Source of the DNA: Candidatus Moraniibacteriota bacterium
GTDB taxonomy: Bacteria > Patescibacteriota > Minisyncoccia > Moranbacterales > UBA1568
DNA length: 64,000 bases
Direction of reading: 5' to 3'
Assembly (NCBI GenBank): GCA_028711705.1
Contig: JAQTRS010000001.1
Location: forward strand, 98,761-162,760
A program made the translations under genes and the position numbers. Shown here piece by piece: positions 38,624-48,288 of the stretch. The first letter of the stretch is position 1, and every line of letters begins with the position of its first letter. Below the pieces are notes generated by a model. That model made no database searches. It saw only the letters and a program-made list of their open reading frames with translations, and had not been told where the DNA came from.

Positions 38624-38887
38624 TTAATTTTCAATCCTTCTGTACTCGTTACAGCGATGCCCTCCGCACATGTGGATGGCATTTTTTTGATACGCTTCCG
38701 CCCATTTCCTATCATGCCCATCCACGACGGCGGATACAGCACGCTGCGAAAATTGCCGATCCGCAGTTTTATGAAACAATGCTATGCCTCCTCCGAATAG
38801 TATGCCCAGAAGAATCGCTAACGCAGCCGTCACTCCTATGACTTGGCATACTAACACGTAATCGGTCTTGAACTTATATTGAAGCAT
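38624..38887 (-). CDS. Hypothetical small membrane protein with a Cys/His-rich C-terminus
   Basis: 87 aa with a TM helix (VLVCQVIGVTAALAILLGILFGGGIALF) and a C-terminal HMCGGHRCNEY. A strong SD (AGGGGGAT) lies 3-6 nt before the ATG, and the gene has its own bidirectional terminator. Confidence 0.55.
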   Translation of the reverse strand: MLQYKFKTDYVLVCQVIGVTAALAILLGILFGGGIALFHKTADRQFSQRAVSAVVDGHDRKWAEAYQKNAIHMCGGHRCNEYRRIEN

Positions 38888-39059
38888 GTATCCCCCTATT
38901 TGATGTGATATCTCAGTTATTTATTTCTGCTGTATTGTGCCTGAAAATGCGGTGTATTCCGCACCTATTCATTTGTTAATGAACAAACCATAGTAGCATA
39001 TATTTTTCATTCCGTCAAGACTACCCGAAAGGCCTGGGCAAGTGTATACTAGAAGAACT

Positions 39060-40442
39060 ATGGCGAAGAGCTCCAACAATAATTTGGTGACGCAGTTGCG
39101 CATCCCGCCCAACAATCTCGAAGCTGAGCAGTCCGTGCTCGGCTCTTTGATGCTGGATAAGGACGCGGTCATCAAGATCGCCGACCTTCTCAAAGTCGGA
39201 GACTTCTACAAAGACGCCAACAACGACGTCTACGAGATCATGCTCGAACTCTACGAGAACCGCGAACCGCTCGATGTGCTCAGCATCTCCAACCGGCTCG
39301 AAGAAAAAGGCCGCCTTGATCGGATCGGCGGCGCAAGTTACCTTGCTTCCCTGGTCAACTCCGTCCCCTCCGCATCCAATGTCGTCCACTACGCCAAAGT
39401 GGTGCAGAAAAAAGCCATGCTCAGGCGACTCATCGGTGCCGCGAGCGATATTCTCGAAATGGGGTATAACGAATCCGAAGATGTGCAGAAAATCCTCGAC
39501 GAAGCGGAACAACGGCTTTTCAGGGTTTCGCAAAAATACATCAAGCAGGATTTCATCCCGATCAAATCCATACTCGAAAACGCCTTCGAGCGTATCGATG
39601 AACTGCACCGCAGCGACAACACCTTCCGCGGCGTGCCCAGCAATTACCCGGACCTCGACAATATGCTCTCGGGATTCCAGAAATCCGACCTCATCATCCT
39701 CGGAGCAAGACCATCTATCGGTAAAACGACTTTCGCGCTCGACCTGGCCAGGCAGATCAGCGTCTATTCCAAAGTTCCGGTGGGTATCTTCTCATTGGAA
39801 ATGGGTTCCGACCAGCTTGTGGATCGTATGATCGCCGCGCAATCCGGCGTGGATTTGTGGCGCCTGCGCACCGGAAAACTCCAAAGCGATGACTTCTCCA
39901 AGATTGGTGAGGCCATCGGCATCCTAAGCGAAGCGCCTATCTTCATCGACGACAGCGGCTCACTTAATATCATGGAAATGCGCACCATGGCACGCCGTCT
40001 CCAGTCCGAACACAATCTCGGTATGATCATCATCGACTACCTCCAGCTGATGGAAGGCCGCAGCCGGGGCGGCGACAACCGCGTGCAGGAAATTTCCGAA
40101 ATCTCCCGCGGACTCAAGCAGCTGGCACGCGAACTCAATATCCCGATCATGGCGCTCTCGCAGCTGTCCCGCGGTATCGAAGCCCGTCAGGATCAGATGC
40201 CCAAGCTCTCCGACCTCCGCGAATCCGGATCCATCGAACAGGACGCCGACGTCGTGCTCTTCCTCTCCCGCGAGGACCGCTACAAGCCCGACACCCCGAA
40301 CAAAAACATCGTCGACGTCGTCATCGCCAAACACCGTAACGGCCCGATCGGTAAGATCCAACTCTACTTCCAAGAGAACTCCACGACTTTCAAGTCTCTG
40401 GAGCGCCTCCACGATGCCAGCCAAGCTCCGCAGGAACATTAG
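39060..40442 (+). CDS. dnaB: Replicative DNA helicase DnaB
   Basis: N-terminal domain (PPNNLEAEQSVLGSLMLD), Walker A GARPSIGKTTFAL, Walker B IIIDYLQLM and arginine finger region. The start is taken at the ATG (MAKSS) rather than the upstream GTG. Confidence 0.95.
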   Translation: MAKSSNNNLVTQLRIPPNNLEAEQSVLGSLMLDKDAVIKIADLLKVGDFYKDANNDVYEIMLELYENREPLDVLSISNRLEEKGRLDRIGGASYLASLVNSVPSASNVVHYAKVVQKKAMLRRLIGAASDILEMGYNESEDVQKILDEAEQRLFRVSQKYIKQDFIPIKSILENAFERIDELHRSDNTFRGVPSNYPDLDNMLSGFQKSDLIILGARPSIGKTTFALDLARQISVYSKVPVGIFSLEMGSDQLVDRMIAAQSGVDLWRLRTGKLQSDDFSKIGEAIGILSEAPIFIDDSGSLNIMEMRTMARRLQSEHNLGMIIIDYLQLMEGRSRGGDNRVQEISEISRGLKQLARELNIPIMALSQLSRGIEARQDQMPKLSDLRESGSIEQDADVVLFLSREDRYKPDTPNKNIVDVVIAKHRNGPIGKIQLYFQENSTTFKSLERLHDASQAPQEH

Positions 40443-40461
40443 AATCATTTTCGGGTAGTTT

Positions 40462-40497
40462 AAAAGGCTAGAGTGATTTTCATCTCTAGCCTTTTAA
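40462..40497. terminator. Bidirectional terminator after dnaB
   Basis: aaaaggctagag-tgattttcat-ctctagcctttt. Confidence 0.7.
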
Positions 40498-40506
40498 TGA
40501 CGAATG

Positions 40507-40803
40507 TTATCCGCCATCGCAATACTTGCCGAACTTAGCTACCAAATCTTTTGGCGGAATTGTATCGGTAATATCATATTTATCATCAATAGTAATTTTC
40601 AAAGATCCATCTCTTGCTTTAGCAATAGCGCCATGCAAGTTGACTGTTCCGCAAACATAGTTTGTTGAATGACGCGCCTCATATTCCATTTGTCCCGTAC
40701 GCCACACTCCTAAAGGAATTGCAAGTATTGTTGCTAGCATTAATATCCTCGCGACCCATTTCCCTACTCCACCAAATAACAATTTGTCTATTGTGTTACT
40801 CAT
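40507..40803 (-). CDS. Hypothetical membrane-anchored small protein
   Basis: 98 aa with one TM (VARILMLATILAIPLGVW); AT-rich. Confidence 0.4.
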   Translation of the reverse strand: MSNTIDKLLFGGVGKWVARILMLATILAIPLGVWRTGQMEYEARHSTNYVCGTVNLHGAIAKARDGSLKITIDDKYDITDTIPPKDLVAKFGKYCDGG

Positions 40804-41002
40804 GATGTTCCCCTTATGGATGAATCTTATCCGACATCAAGCGGACAGACTCGGTTAAAAAATATTTCCTACGACGCCTCTAACCGACTTTTGTCAGCGA
40901 TATCCGCTATCTCCAGATTGTTAAAGGATGCTTTATCATAGCAAAGATACCGTATTTTGTCAAGTACAGCGAAAGCAGGTATACTGAAATGACTTCTTTA
41001 TG

Positions 41003-41105
41003 TGTCATTTCGAGCTTGCCGAGAAATCTTCTACGCTTGTAAACAGATCCTTGCGCCACCGCTAAAGCTTTATGCGACACGCGGTCGGCTACGCTCGGGA
41101 TGACA
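41003..41105 (+). repeat. Palindromic repeat family, copy D (intergenic, in the 5' leader region of recR; long variant)
   Basis: tgtcatttcgagcttgccgagaaatc...gctacgctcgggatgaca, 103 nt, with the same terminal inverted repeats as copies A-C. It lies downstream of a TTGTCA-N17-TATACT promoter. Confidence 0.65.
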
Positions 41106-41191
41106 ATCGTGAGTCTTGTGCTTTATAAATTGTCCGACGTTTACTATTGTTTGTTTTTTTGTTGACTATTAATTGTTGTCTGTTATCCGAT

Positions 41192-41785
41192 ATGTATCCC
41201 AAACCATTTGAAAAATTGATAAGCCACTTCACTTCCCTGCCGTCCGTCGGACCAAAGATGGCGGAGCGTTTGGTGCTCTATCTCTTCAAGCAGGACCAAG
41301 AGAAACTCGAAGACTTCGCGCAGTGCCTCGAAGATATCCATAAGCTCCAAATCTGCAAACAGTGCTTCCATATCGCCGAAGGGACGCTGTGCAGCATCTG
41401 CATGGATCCGCGCCGCGACATGGCGGTTTTGTGCGTCGTCGAAGAGCCGCTCGACATCATCGCCATCGAACGCACCCGAAGTTTCCAAGGACGCTACCAT
41501 GTTTTGGGCGGCGTTATGGAACCGGCCAAAAAAAACTCGGTGGCGGCTCCGCTCCATATCCCTGAACTTTTGCAGCGCATCGAGGACGAGAATATCAAAG
41601 AGGTCATCCTGGCCACCAACCCCACCACCGAAGGCGACCTGACCGCCCTCTACCTCAAGAAAAAACTCGAACCCTTCCATATCAAAGTTACCCGCATCGC
41701 CAGGGGCCTCGCTACCGGCGGTGACATCGAATACGCCGACGAGATTACCCTCACCTCCGCCATCACCAATCGCAAAGATTTATAA
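41192..41785 (+). CDS. recR: Recombination protein RecR
   Basis: HhH motif (LPSVGPKMAERL), C4 zinc finger (CKQC...CSIC) and Toprim domain (AVLCVVEEPLDIIAIERT...ILATNPTTEGD). The start is set at the internal Met (MYPKPFEKL). Confidence 0.9.
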   Translation: MYPKPFEKLISHFTSLPSVGPKMAERLVLYLFKQDQEKLEDFAQCLEDIHKLQICKQCFHIAEGTLCSICMDPRRDMAVLCVVEEPLDIIAIERTRSFQGRYHVLGGVMEPAKKNSVAAPLHIPELLQRIEDENIKEVILATNPTTEGDLTALYLKKKLEPFHIKVTRIARGLATGGDIEYADEITLTSAITNRKDL

Positions 41786-41908
41786 ATGACCCGATTTTTT
41801 TCCTCTTTTTAAACGATTTATAGGCTTGCGCAATACCGTTGTTATCTTTATAATGAAAAGAGCTTACGGAAAAGGCTGTTATAGTGTTAAGTTATTGAAA
41901 TACCCTCT

Positions 41909-43189
41909 ATGAATCACGAAAAGACAGTGTGCGTCATCGGACTCGGTTACGTCGGACTTCCGATGGCCATCCGTTCAAAAGAAGTCGGCTATGAGGTGTA
42001 CGGTCTCGATCTTGATCAATCCAAACTCGACCTGATCAATCAAGGGAAAAGCCCGATCGAAGAGGCCTACATCGAAGAGCGCATCGCACAATTCCCTGTC
42101 ATCGCCACAAACGATGCCGCCGTCATCCGAAAGGCGGACATCGTTTTGATATGCGTGCCTACTCCGGTCGACGAATCCTATTATCCGGACCTGACCCCGG
42201 TCATCAAGGCAGTGGAAACGACCGTCAAAAATCTCAAGAAGGGCGCGCTCGTCGTGCTCGAATCCACCGTCAATCCCGGCGTGAGCGAAGAGATTATCCG
42301 CCCCCTTTTCGAATCAGCCGGGCATATCGTCGGTCAGGATGTATTCATCGCGCATTGCCCTGAACGCGTCAATCCGGGAGACAAGACATGGAATGTTTCC
42401 AATCTTCCGCGCGTGGTCGGATCATTCGATCAGACCGGCCTTGATATCGCGCTGGAATACTATCGCTCCATCTCATCCGGCGAAATCCGCCCGATGAAGT
42501 CCATCCGCGAAGCCGAGGCGGTTAAAATCGTGGAAAACTCTTTCCGCGATATCAATATCGCCTTCGTGAACGAGCTCGCGAAATCGTTCGATAAGCTCGG
42601 CATCGATATCAAAGACGTCATCTTGGGTGCCGCCACCAAGCCGTTCGCTTTCATGGCTCACTACCCATCCTGCGGCGTCGGCGGACACTGTATCGCTGTC
42701 GATCCCTACTACCTGATCGAACGAGCCAAGAAATCCGGATTCGATCACAAATTCCTCAAGATTGCCCGTGAAATCAATAACAGCATGCCGGAATACACGG
42801 TTGAGAAATTGCAAGACGCGCTCAATCTCGTGAAACTCCCTATGAACGGCACCGCAATCGGCGTGCTCGGACTCGCCTACAAAGCGAACGTGGACGATAC
42901 TCGCGAATCACCGGCTTTCGAAGTCATCAAAAACCTCAACAAGCATCTGGCAATCGTTGAGACATTCGATCCGCACGTGCTTGGGAAGTCAACTTCGCAA
43001 TCATTGGAAGCGATTCTTGAAAAATCAAAGGCTGTCATCGTCACGACCAATCACAAGGAATTCATAGACATGCTGACTCCTGAGCTCCTCAACAAGTACG
43101 GCATCTTGGTCGTCATCGATGGAAAGAACTGTCTGGATAAAGACTTATTGGAATCTGCCGGTATCATCTACCGAGGCATCGGCCGCTAA
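41909..43189 (+). CDS. Nucleotide-sugar dehydrogenase (UDP-glucose/GDP-mannose dehydrogenase family)
   Basis: N-terminal Rossmann fold (VCVIGLGYVGLPMA), catalytic Cys region (GVGGHCIAVDPYYL) and a C-terminal UDP-binding domain. Confidence 0.9.
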   Translation: MNHEKTVCVIGLGYVGLPMAIRSKEVGYEVYGLDLDQSKLDLINQGKSPIEEAYIEERIAQFPVIATNDAAVIRKADIVLICVPTPVDESYYPDLTPVIKAVETTVKNLKKGALVVLESTVNPGVSEEIIRPLFESAGHIVGQDVFIAHCPERVNPGDKTWNVSNLPRVVGSFDQTGLDIALEYYRSISSGEIRPMKSIREAEAVKIVENSFRDINIAFVNELAKSFDKLGIDIKDVILGAATKPFAFMAHYPSCGVGGHCIAVDPYYLIERAKKSGFDHKFLKIAREINNSMPEYTVEKLQDALNLVKLPMNGTAIGVLGLAYKANVDDTRESPAFEVIKNLNKHLAIVETFDPHVLGKSTSQSLEAILEKSKAVIVTTNHKEFIDMLTPELLNKYGILVVIDGKNCLDKDLLESAGIIYRGIGR

Positions 43190-43295
43190 CCCGCACAACA
43201 AACACCCATAAACAATGAGCGGGTCTTTGCCACAACCATACACCCTACCGTTTATCCCTCGTTCATTGTTGATTGTTAACTGCTAACTATACGTT

Positions 43296-43535
43296 ATGTT
43301 TCACCTTATCCGCTTTATCATTTGGCTCGCAGGCGTTCTTGTCGTCAGCTATTTCGTGCTGAGCTACTTCGGCTACGAAGTTAATCAGCATTATTTCGAC
43401 CAAAGCAAAGCGAAATGCCAAGAATTGATCGCGCAGTGCCAAAAAAACGTTATCCATAAAGGTGTGGATGACGTTAAAAACTGCGAATACCAATGCGTCA
43501 ATCCAAGCCTTATCATCCAAAAGAAAGCCAAATAA
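43296..43535 (+). CDS. Hypothetical small membrane protein with four Cys
   Basis: 79 aa with an N-terminal TM and a CQELIAQCQ...CEYQC tail; no SD, so possibly leaderless. Confidence 0.4.
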   Translation: MFHLIRFIIWLAGVLVVSYFVLSYFGYEVNQHYFDQSKAKCQELIAQCQKNVIHKGVDDVKNCEYQCVNPSLIIQKKAK

Positions 43536-43571
43536 CCAACGTGTCGTGACTTTATTCACTATCCATAGCCT

Positions 43572-44522
43572 ATGAGACTTATCGTAAACATCCCCGCATT
43601 CAACGAAGAGGAGAAGCTCAGTGAAACCATCAAGCGCATACCGACCCGATTTTCGGGAATCGACGAGGTATTCGTGCAGGTTATCGACGACGGATCGAGC
43701 GACAACACTTTCGACATCGCCAAAACTGCCGGGGCGCATTTCGTCTATGCAAACGGTATCAACCGCGGCATCGGGAAAACCTTCCGCCATGCCGTCGAGA
43801 GAGCTCTCGAAAACCACGCCGATATCATGGTTAACATTGACGCGGACGGTCAGTTCAACCCGCAGGATATTGCGAAACTCATTGCACTGATACTCGAACA
43901 CAAGGCGGATATCGTAAGCGCCGACCGTTTCGGTGAGCACAAAGCCAAAAATATCCCATGGATAAAGGATAGCATGAACCGCCTCGCTGCCAATCTAATC
44001 GGATGGTTTATGAATGTACCCATCAAGGACCTCACCTGCGGATTCCGCGCTTACAACAAAGAAGCGTTGCTTCGCCTCAATCTGCCAGGCGATTTCACCT
44101 ACACCCAAGAAACCATCATCGACGCCTTGGGCAAGGGACTCAAGATACGGTGGGTACCGGTCGAGGTCACCTATTTTGCGGAGCGAAAATCCCGCGTCGT
44201 CAAGAGCATTTTCAAATATATCAATTCCAGCGCGCGCATCATCATCAAGGCCGTGCGCGATGTCCGTCCGATGAAATTCTTCGGTATCCCCGGAGCGATA
44301 CTGATGCTGCTGTCTTTCGTATTCTTCGGCATGTTCATCGTCAACTACCTCGGGGATTTCAAGATCAGTCCATATCGTAATCAGCTCTTTTTCGGAGGCG
44401 GATTCTTCATCGTCGGATTGCAATTCGTTGTCTTCGCGCTCATCGCCGATATGATCAGATCCAATCGACGCTTGAACGAAGATCAGTTTTATCTCACCAA
44501 AAAAGAACTGTACAAAAAATAA
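43572..44522 (+). CDS. Family 2 glycosyltransferase, polyprenol-phosphate sugar transferase type (DPM1/ArnC/GtrB-like) with two C-terminal TM helices
   Basis: GT-A fold with VIDDGSSDNT and a DAD (DADGQ) motif; two C-terminal TM helices as in GtrB/ArnC. Confidence 0.85.
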   Translation: MRLIVNIPAFNEEEKLSETIKRIPTRFSGIDEVFVQVIDDGSSDNTFDIAKTAGAHFVYANGINRGIGKTFRHAVERALENHADIMVNIDADGQFNPQDIAKLIALILEHKADIVSADRFGEHKAKNIPWIKDSMNRLAANLIGWFMNVPIKDLTCGFRAYNKEALLRLNLPGDFTYTQETIIDALGKGLKIRWVPVEVTYFAERKSRVVKSIFKYINSSARIIIKAVRDVRPMKFFGIPGAILMLLSFVFFGMFIVNYLGDFKISPYRNQLFFGGGFFIVGLQFVVFALIADMIRSNRRLNEDQFYLTKKELYKK

Positions 44523-44543
44523 ATCCCCTTCCATTTTTATTCT

Positions 44544-45635
44544 ATGAGTACGAGTGAACAAACGAAAATCCTCTTTATTTCTCGTGCCTACCCGCCCATC
44601 ACCGGCGGCATCGAAAACCAGAATTATGAACTCTCCGTCTGGCTGCCGAAAATCGCCCAGGTAAAAACCATCGCCAACCGCAAAGGGAAAAAAGCCCTGC
44701 CGTTTTTCTTGCCTTGGGCGACTGTGCGCGCCCTATGGCTCGCGCCCCGCTATGATGCGATACTTTTGGGTGACGGCGTTTTAGGTATCGTCGGATACGC
44801 TGTAAAATGCCTCTACCCGAAGAAAACCGTCGTTTCCGTCGTGCACGGACTCGACCTCACCTTCACCTCCGGTATATACCAACAGTGGTGGGTCAAAAAA
44901 TTCCTCCCGAAGCTCGACAAACTCATCGCCGTCGGCAATGAAACCGTCCGGGTCGGCGTGGAACGCGGCATTCCTCGGGAAAAATTCGTCTTCATTCCCA
45001 ATGGTGTCGATACGGAAAAATACTTCCGTAACTATTCCCGTCAAGACCTCGAGCGTATCCTGAAGGAATCTGTATCGGATAAGAAAGTACTGCTCACTTC
45101 CGGGCGGCTCGCCAAAAGAAAAGGCGTGGCCTGGTTCATACGAAACGTCCTTCCGAAACTTCCGGAAAACATCGTCTATATTGTTGCTGGTGATGGCAAT
45201 GACAAAGAGAACATCCGAAACGCCGTAACACAAACGTCTATGTCCTCACGCCTCCGCCTGCTCGGTTTCGTAAACGATGAAACACGTGACATCCTCCTCA
45301 ACACCTGCGATCTGTTCATCCAGCCCAATATCCGTGTTCCCGGCGATATGGAAGGATTCGGCATCTCGGTCATCGAGGCGGCCTCATGTCAGATACCGGT
45401 CATCGCATCACGCCTCGAGGGATTGCAGGACGCCATCAAGGATAGCGAGAACGGATTTCTGGTAGAGCCGGAGAATGCAAATGGTTATATCGAAAAAATA
45501 CGCCTCCTGCTCGCGGACGACACCCTGCGGGAAACATTCGGGAAGCAAGCGCGGCAATACGTCATCGATAACTTCCACTGGGACTCGATCGCCAAACGGT
45601 ATTTAGCTATAATCGAAGCAACTCTTAAAAAATAA
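44544..45635 (+). CDS. Family 4 (GT-B) glycosyltransferase
   Basis: EGFGISVIEAASCQIPVIASRLEGLQDAIKDSENGFLVEP, the GT4 E-x7-E signature region. Confidence 0.85.
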   Translation: MSTSEQTKILFISRAYPPITGGIENQNYELSVWLPKIAQVKTIANRKGKKALPFFLPWATVRALWLAPRYDAILLGDGVLGIVGYAVKCLYPKKTVVSVVHGLDLTFTSGIYQQWWVKKFLPKLDKLIAVGNETVRVGVERGIPREKFVFIPNGVDTEKYFRNYSRQDLERILKESVSDKKVLLTSGRLAKRKGVAWFIRNVLPKLPENIVYIVAGDGNDKENIRNAVTQTSMSSRLRLLGFVNDETRDILLNTCDLFIQPNIRVPGDMEGFGISVIEAASCQIPVIASRLEGLQDAIKDSENGFLVEPENANGYIEKIRLLLADDTLRETFGKQARQYVIDNFHWDSIAKRYLAIIEATLKK

Positions 45636-45639
45636 GCCT

Positions 45640-47685
45640 ATGCACTTCATCCAGGAACAAGTTCTTTTCTTTATCGCGATTTTCCTTGTTCTTTTCGTGC
45701 CGGGACTGGTTTTGCTGCGCTCTTTTTTCAAACACTCGTTCACATCGCTCGAGTGCTTCGTCTTTTCAGTGCCGCTCAGCATCGCCGCCACCAATTTCCT
45801 GATGATAACCTTAGGGAGATCCGGCATCACGCTGATGGTAGCCTCCATTATCGCAAGCATTATCGCTTTTACGCTGGTGACTTTCCTTGTCTCCAAAGCG
45901 ATTCCGCAGAAAACGACTCAGGAAAAGCGCAGCGGAATCAAACCCTTCACCAAAAACCAAGGTCGGCTCATCATCCTGATCCTGATTCTGACCATCTTCA
46001 TCAAGACAATCTATCTCTCGCAGGTCATCCTCCCGACCGCGACCGACCTTGGGCACCACATGTACTGGTCGAAGTCCATCGCCGTCACGGGCGAGCTTCC
46101 ACAGTATGTCGAGCGCAATATCGTCCGCTCCGAAACGGATGGTACATATGCTCTCGGCGAGGCGGAACCTATCGACGACTTCATCATTGGCGAACACCTG
46201 ATCTTCGCTGCCATCGCCCTCATCGCGGGCCTTGATTTCATATCCGGATTCCCGGCCATCATACTCCTTCTCATCAATATATTCTCGCTCCTCGCTCTTT
46301 TCCTGTTCGTCTTGCGCGCTTTTTCGCACCGATCGCTCGCGAAAACGGGCATCTCTGCGAACACGGTCGCCATTCTCACGCTCTTCGTGCTCGGTCCGCT
46401 GTATACCATTGCTTCACCTCAGGCAAAATTCGTTTCCGGCGGAGTAATCGGCAATACTATCGGCAACCTTTTTATACCGGTAATCCTCTATTGCTACTGG
46501 CGCGCGCTCCAAGAAAAAAGCTCGAAGCTTTTAACGCTCGCCTTCTTCCTTACCTTTGGACTCGTCTATATCCATCATCTCAGCACGCTCGTTTTCCTTT
46601 TCATTATCTTCTTCACTATCGTCATTTTCAGCATCCTCCACATCAAAACCATCCATATTAGCATCAAAGAGTGGGCGTTGCTCGTTTTCAAGCCGGCTCC
46701 CATCATCCTCGCTATCGCAGCCATTCTCTTTTCCTTCTTCGTCCTCGCGCCCAGCTATGCTGATCCGAAGTCGCTCAATACCGCCCTGGGCGCTCCAACC
46801 AAGGCGACCCGCACCGGGCTGACATTTCTGCAACTCACCTTCTCGACCGGAGAAGGGCGGCTCGGCTTGGGACTGGTCGGACTCCTCGCTTTAATTTTCT
46901 TCCGATTAAAAGAAAATCGTTCGATCAAAGAAGCTTCCTACGCGATTGCCTTCTTCTTCGCCTGGGGATTATCACTCCTCATCATGTCGCTTCGCCCACA
47001 GTGGCTTTTCCTCGACATCCCTTCCAATCGCATCAGCACCTATGCCATTTTCCCGTTCGCGATACTTTCAACCCTTGCTTTCACGCTTCTGTTCAAGCAA
47101 CAGAAAACCATTAACAGTCAACAATCTACCCGAAATGCTTCGGATAACGATGCCGGCGGGTCAACAATCAACGAAAAACACTCCCGTAACAACACACCCC
47201 TAACAATCAGCGCCTTCATCGTTATCCTCACATTTTTTATTGTCGGAGGATTCTACGATAACGGACAAAGCCTCCTTGGGAAAACCAAGGCGCAGGAAGC
47301 TATCGAAACCTACCACGTTTCTGATTATCTCGCGCAGCATACAAATCAGAACGACATCATCCTCAAGGATCACAACTATATCGTCGCTGATTCCTGGATG
47401 AAGCTCTCATTCCTTCGAGGCTACACCTATCCGCTCTCACGCGGTTACTTCAAACGCTACGAAGACGAGACCAAGCCGCGCGAACAATGCTCGCTCTGGA
47501 TGATCGCCGTACCAAACACCGACAAAGGACAGAAATGCTTCAATGAAACCGGCACTGATATCATCGTCGTCAACCCTCATTTCGACAGCACTCAATTCAA
47601 AAAATCCCCAGATTTCAACTCCATATACCAATCCGGTGATATCGCGGTGTATATGAGAAAAAACCAGTCAACAAACAGCGATTAA
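45640..47685 (+). CDS. Large polytopic membrane protein with a C-terminal extracytoplasmic domain (probable cell-envelope glycan polymerase or GT-C-like protein)
   Basis: 681 aa with at least 12 TM helices and a roughly 200-aa hydrophilic C-terminal domain, inside the glycosyltransferase cluster. Confidence 0.65.
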   Translation: MHFIQEQVLFFIAIFLVLFVPGLVLLRSFFKHSFTSLECFVFSVPLSIAATNFLMITLGRSGITLMVASIIASIIAFTLVTFLVSKAIPQKTTQEKRSGIKPFTKNQGRLIILILILTIFIKTIYLSQVILPTATDLGHHMYWSKSIAVTGELPQYVERNIVRSETDGTYALGEAEPIDDFIIGEHLIFAAIALIAGLDFISGFPAIILLLINIFSLLALFLFVLRAFSHRSLAKTGISANTVAILTLFVLGPLYTIASPQAKFVSGGVIGNTIGNLFIPVILYCYWRALQEKSSKLLTLAFFLTFGLVYIHHLSTLVFLFIIFFTIVIFSILHIKTIHISIKEWALLVFKPAPIILAIAAILFSFFVLAPSYADPKSLNTALGAPTKATRTGLTFLQLTFSTGEGRLGLGLVGLLALIFFRLKENRSIKEASYAIAFFFAWGLSLLIMSLRPQWLFLDIPSNRISTYAIFPFAILSTLAFTLLFKQQKTINSQQSTRNASDNDAGGSTINEKHSRNNTPLTISAFIVILTFFIVGGFYDNGQSLLGKTKAQEAIETYHVSDYLAQHTNQNDIILKDHNYIVADSWMKLSFLRGYTYPLSRGYFKRYEDETKPREQCSLWMIAVPNTDKGQKCFNETGTDIIVVNPHFDSTQFKKSPDFNSIYQSGDIAVYMRKNQSTNSD

Positions 47686-47726
47686 CAGTTAACGAGAAAA
47701 CAGCCTCACCGATAATCAACTACTGC

Positions 47727-47901
47727 GTTAATAGAGAGGTGACATGTTTGATTGAGAGTCCGGCACCTAGGCGCGATAAGAGCCAGGTACGCAAAGGCAA
47801 GACCTGTATGGATGTTATCTTCCCTCTATCTCGAAAGAGATTCCCATCGCTAACGCCGATCATGTCGGACTCGAAAGCGAACATGTCACCTCTCTATTAA
47901 C
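47727..47901. repeat. 175-nt element bounded by perfect 22-bp inverted repeats (MITE-like or highly structured RNA)
   Basis: gttaatagagaggtgacatgtt (47727-47748) is the exact reverse complement of aacatgtcacctctctattaac (47880-47901). Nested internal pairings include gagtccg/cggactc and an atctc-gaaa-gagat GNRA hairpin. It occupies the gap between two + strand genes. Confidence 0.55.
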
Positions 47902-47912
47902 CACACAACATC

Positions 47913-48263
47913 ATGTCTCAAAAATCCGTCATCATCGCCATCATCTCCCTCCTCGCCCTAAGCTTCATCAGCCTCGGCTTCATCGAAAACCGCGCTAAAG
48001 ACCCCAACCTCAATAAAGATTGGTGGGCGCTTTCTTTCCAGAATCCTCACGGAAACAGCCTTGATTTCACCATTGAAAATCATAGTAACTCGAACAACTT
48101 CACCTACGAGGTAACGCAGGACGCAACCACACTCACCAAGGAAGCGATCATCATCCCAAAAGGGACCACAAAAAACATCTCGATAAGCCAAAGAACCTCA
48201 GACACTAAAACGATGATCAGCGCCTGGACGAACGATGAAGATAAGAAAGAGATTTATAAATAA
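47913..48263 (+). CDS. Hypothetical secreted or membrane-anchored small protein
   Basis: 116 aa with an N-terminal signal anchor (VIIAIISLLALSFISLGF) and a Thr/Asn-rich body. Confidence 0.5.
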   Translation: MSQKSVIIAIISLLALSFISLGFIENRAKDPNLNKDWWALSFQNPHGNSLDFTIENHSNSNNFTYEVTQDATTLTKEAIIIPKGTTKNISISQRTSDTKTMISAWTNDEDKKEIYK

Positions 48264-48288
48264 ACACGCTTCTCAAACAACACATCCT

